Origin: Phoronis australis | Taxonomy: Eukaryota > Animalia > Phoronida | Direction: 5' to 3' | Assembly: GCA_002633005.1 (NCBI GenBank) | Contig: NMRA01000020.1 | Span: 1,724,918 to 1,788,917 of the forward strand | DNA: 64,000 bases | In this document: piece after piece, positions 61,500 to 64,000 of the stretch | Numbering within the stretch: position 1 is the first letter of the stretch | Layout of the letters: each line of letters starts with the position of its first letter | Notes under the pieces: model-generated | The model's input: only the letters and a program-made list of their open reading frames with translations | What the model was told of the DNA's origin: nothing | Database searches by the model: none | Translations under genes and position numbers: made by a program

Positions 61500-62690
61500 C
61501 TCCACAACATAGGGTTTGTAAAGCAAAAATAGAATGGCCTGCTTAAACGTGGAATTCGGAAGAAAATAATTGTTATCGTGTTCAATAAAGTCACAAGATA
61601 AGAAAAAAGTTGTGCTTACAACATATTTTAACCAGCCAGAAAATGTTTGGTTCACCAAGTGGCTTTGTAAAGCTAATAAACAATCATTCCAAGTTTAAGC
61701 AAGGGCGTGGCTTGCTTAAACTTGGAATTGGGTAGAAAACAATTGAGAATGCATTCAGAGGTGTTCCAAAGGTAATAGAAAATGCATTTATGACATACTG
61801 TAACCGGTCAGGGAATATTTGCACGACTTTTTGTAAAGAAGAAATTGAATTAGTGAAAGTTTGAGCCAGGGCGTGGCTTGTTTAAACTTGGAATTGGGTA
61901 CAAAAAACTACGAAATGCATTCAGGGGTGTTTCAAAAGTAATAGAAAATGCATTCACAATGTATTGGAACCAGTGAAAGAATGTTTGGTTAACCACGTGA
62001 TTTTTCGTAAGGCGGAAACTGAATTATTCCAAGTTTAAGAGAGCCACGCCCTTGCTTAAATTTGGAATTGGGTAGAAATAAACTGCGAATGTGCTCAGAA
62101 ATGTTCCAAAATTACAAGAAATTGCATTTAAATTTCTTGCAACCAGTTACCGAATGTTTGGTTCACTATGGGATTTTTTGTAGAGCAGATATTGAATTAT
62201 TCCAAGTTAAAGCAATTGCGTATCTTGCTTAATTGTTGAATTTACGGGGTTAGAAAACTGCGAATGCGCTCAGAAGTATTTTAAAGGTAATTGAAAAAAG
62301 CATTTAAAATGTATTTCAACAAGTCAGAGAATGTTTGGTTCACCACGTGAGCAGAAATTGAGTTATTCCAAGTTGAAGCGAGCCACGCCCTTGCTTAAAC
62401 TTGGAATTGGGTAGAAAACAACTGCGAATGCATTTATAGGTGTTTCGAAAGCAATAGAAAATGCTTTTACATTGTATTGCAATCATTAAGAGAAGGCTTG
62501 GTTCACATCGCGAATTTTTTAGAGAAGAAATTGAATTATTCCAAGTTTAAGCAACCAGTGTGGCTTGCTTAAACTCGGAATTAGGTGGAAAGAACTGGGA
62601 ATGCGCTCATAAGTGCTCTAAAGGTAATAGAAAAAAACATTATTTTAAAATGTATTGCAGCCAGTTAGAGAATGTTTAATTTACACCCCT
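61500..62690. repeat. Tandem repeat of about 170 bp, about 7 units, each with a 41-bp palindrome
   Basis: TTCCAAGTTTAAGCAAG-N7-CTTGCTTAAACTTGGAA at about 61688, with variants near 61853, 62027, 62200, 62366 and 62539. Confidence 0.9.
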
Positions 62691-63020
62691 TGATCAAACG
62701 TCAACCAGGCACTAATTTCAAACATCCAGCTTTAATTTTATATTGGAATAGGCAGCAACACAGAAATACAGTAATACTACTAAAATGACCACCGTAGCCC
62801 CCTAGGGCTATGACCTTGAATGCCCGGTGCATTACTGAGGGACATGTAATCACAATACAGTCCTTAAATGATTTTTTATTCCAGTCCCTCGGTACTAACC
62901 AGTATTCATGACCAGGCCACGGAAGCTTTATCTCGATTTTTCTCTCCGTAGCCTACCGGTTCAGTAACGATTTCAGCCCAAGAGCCTTGTTCTGTGATTG
63001 TGTGCCAGGCAGCCGCTTTA

Positions 63021-63286
63021 TTCCAAGTTCACGCAAGATTCCAAGTTCACGTACGGGGTTTGGCAGATTGCTTAATCTCAAGATCACTTGCTTGATCTTG
63101 GAATTCCAAGTTCACGCAAGATTCCAAGTTCACGTACGGGATTTGGCAGTTTGCTTAATCTCAAGATCACTTGCTTGATCTTGGAATTCCAAGTTCACGC
63201 AAGATTCCAAGTTCACGTACGGGATTTGGCAGTTTGCTTAATCTCAATATCACTTGCTTGATCTTGGAATTCCAAGTTCACGCAAC
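63021..63286. repeat. 83-bp subterminal tandem repeat, about 3.2 near-identical copies
   Basis: ttccaagttcacgcaa starts at 63021, 63104, 63187 and 63270. Confidence 0.95.
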
Positions 63287-64000
63287 ACTCACTTCCGCTT
63301 ATTCTTGAGATTAAGCAAGATTCCAAGTTGAAGTACAGCACTACCACAACGCCGTCGGTGAATTTCGCTTCAGGCGGGTTCAAACTCGGATCAGATACAA
63401 TAAATCTGTGGCACGGTTTTCAAATTTTTTGTGTATTTTCAAGATCTCCTTATTACATGATGTTATTTTAGTGATATTGTTCTTTGAATTTTCAAGATCA
63501 GTGTCGACGGAGAAATTATGAGAATCTCACATGGCATTGACTGCTGGCCTCGTACTTTACGTAGACTGGTTACCCGTTTGTGCTGCCACCTATTGACGTG
63601 GTTGTTGTTCATAGTTCAAACCAGTGCATACACAAAGTATCGTCCGGTTACCTATTGTCGTCAGGCTCCAAAGGTCGTCCGCCATCTTGTTTCGCGTGCA
63701 GCGCAACCACGCGGGACTTAGCGTTCCAATTTGGAGTGCTCGTCTGCACGTTAGGTACTAACTTATCGGAAGAGACACGTATCAAAGTAATGAGACAAAA
63801 ATCGGTGAGTTTACCGATTGTTTTTTAAAACNTCATAACTTTGAAGTGGAATAATTCGGTGAGTACAACAGCAAGTCGGTTTTATGCTTAGGCGGACGAA
63901 CATTGGGTTCCCGAGTATATCTTTATGTCGCAAAATCTGTGTTTCCATTTACGCTTCTAAGCAACATGAAAAGTTCTCATAGCTCTAAAATTCTATTTTC

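Larger units (their letters stand above)
59050..63343. mobile_element. Foldback-like TIR element built on a TTCCAAGTT motif, with nested insertions
   Basis: TGTACTTCAACTTGGAATC at about 59057 is the reverse complement of GATTCCAAGTTGAAGTACA at about 63319. Subterminal blocks ttccaagttcacgcaag and cttgagatta occur at both ends. No TSD found. Confidence 0.65.

Overview
AT-rich animal genomic DNA, most likely from a bilaterian marine invertebrate, in a draft assembly with N gaps. It is not prokaryotic, and most ORF-track entries are spurious. The window is a nest of transposable elements: Helentron-associated non-autonomous elements (HINE/DINE-1-like, 3.6-13.7 kb), several TTAA-flanked Kolobok elements or relics with THAP domains, a TA-flanked TIR element, a Sola3-like transposase relic, Academ-like pieces, a young 5'-truncated Tx1/L1 LINE with an 18-bp TSD and poly(A), an older decayed Tx1, and a foldback-like element with hairpin tandem repeats. 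Four things stand out. (1) A small family of cysteine-rich peptide exons (36.7, 40.1 and 50.1 kb) has macin/CS-alpha-beta-like features but a different cysteine framework ending in CxCxC; the best copy is absent from the ORF track. (2) The HINE central repeats carry about 25 co-oriented CTCF-consensus motifs at roughly 140-165 bp spacing. (3) A ubiquitin-specific-protease C-terminal motif follows, in frame, the Sola3-like transposase relic. (4) A tandem repeat contains 17-bp palindromes whose 7-nt spacer is inverted in some units. All family assignments come from reading motifs by eye; no database searches were run.
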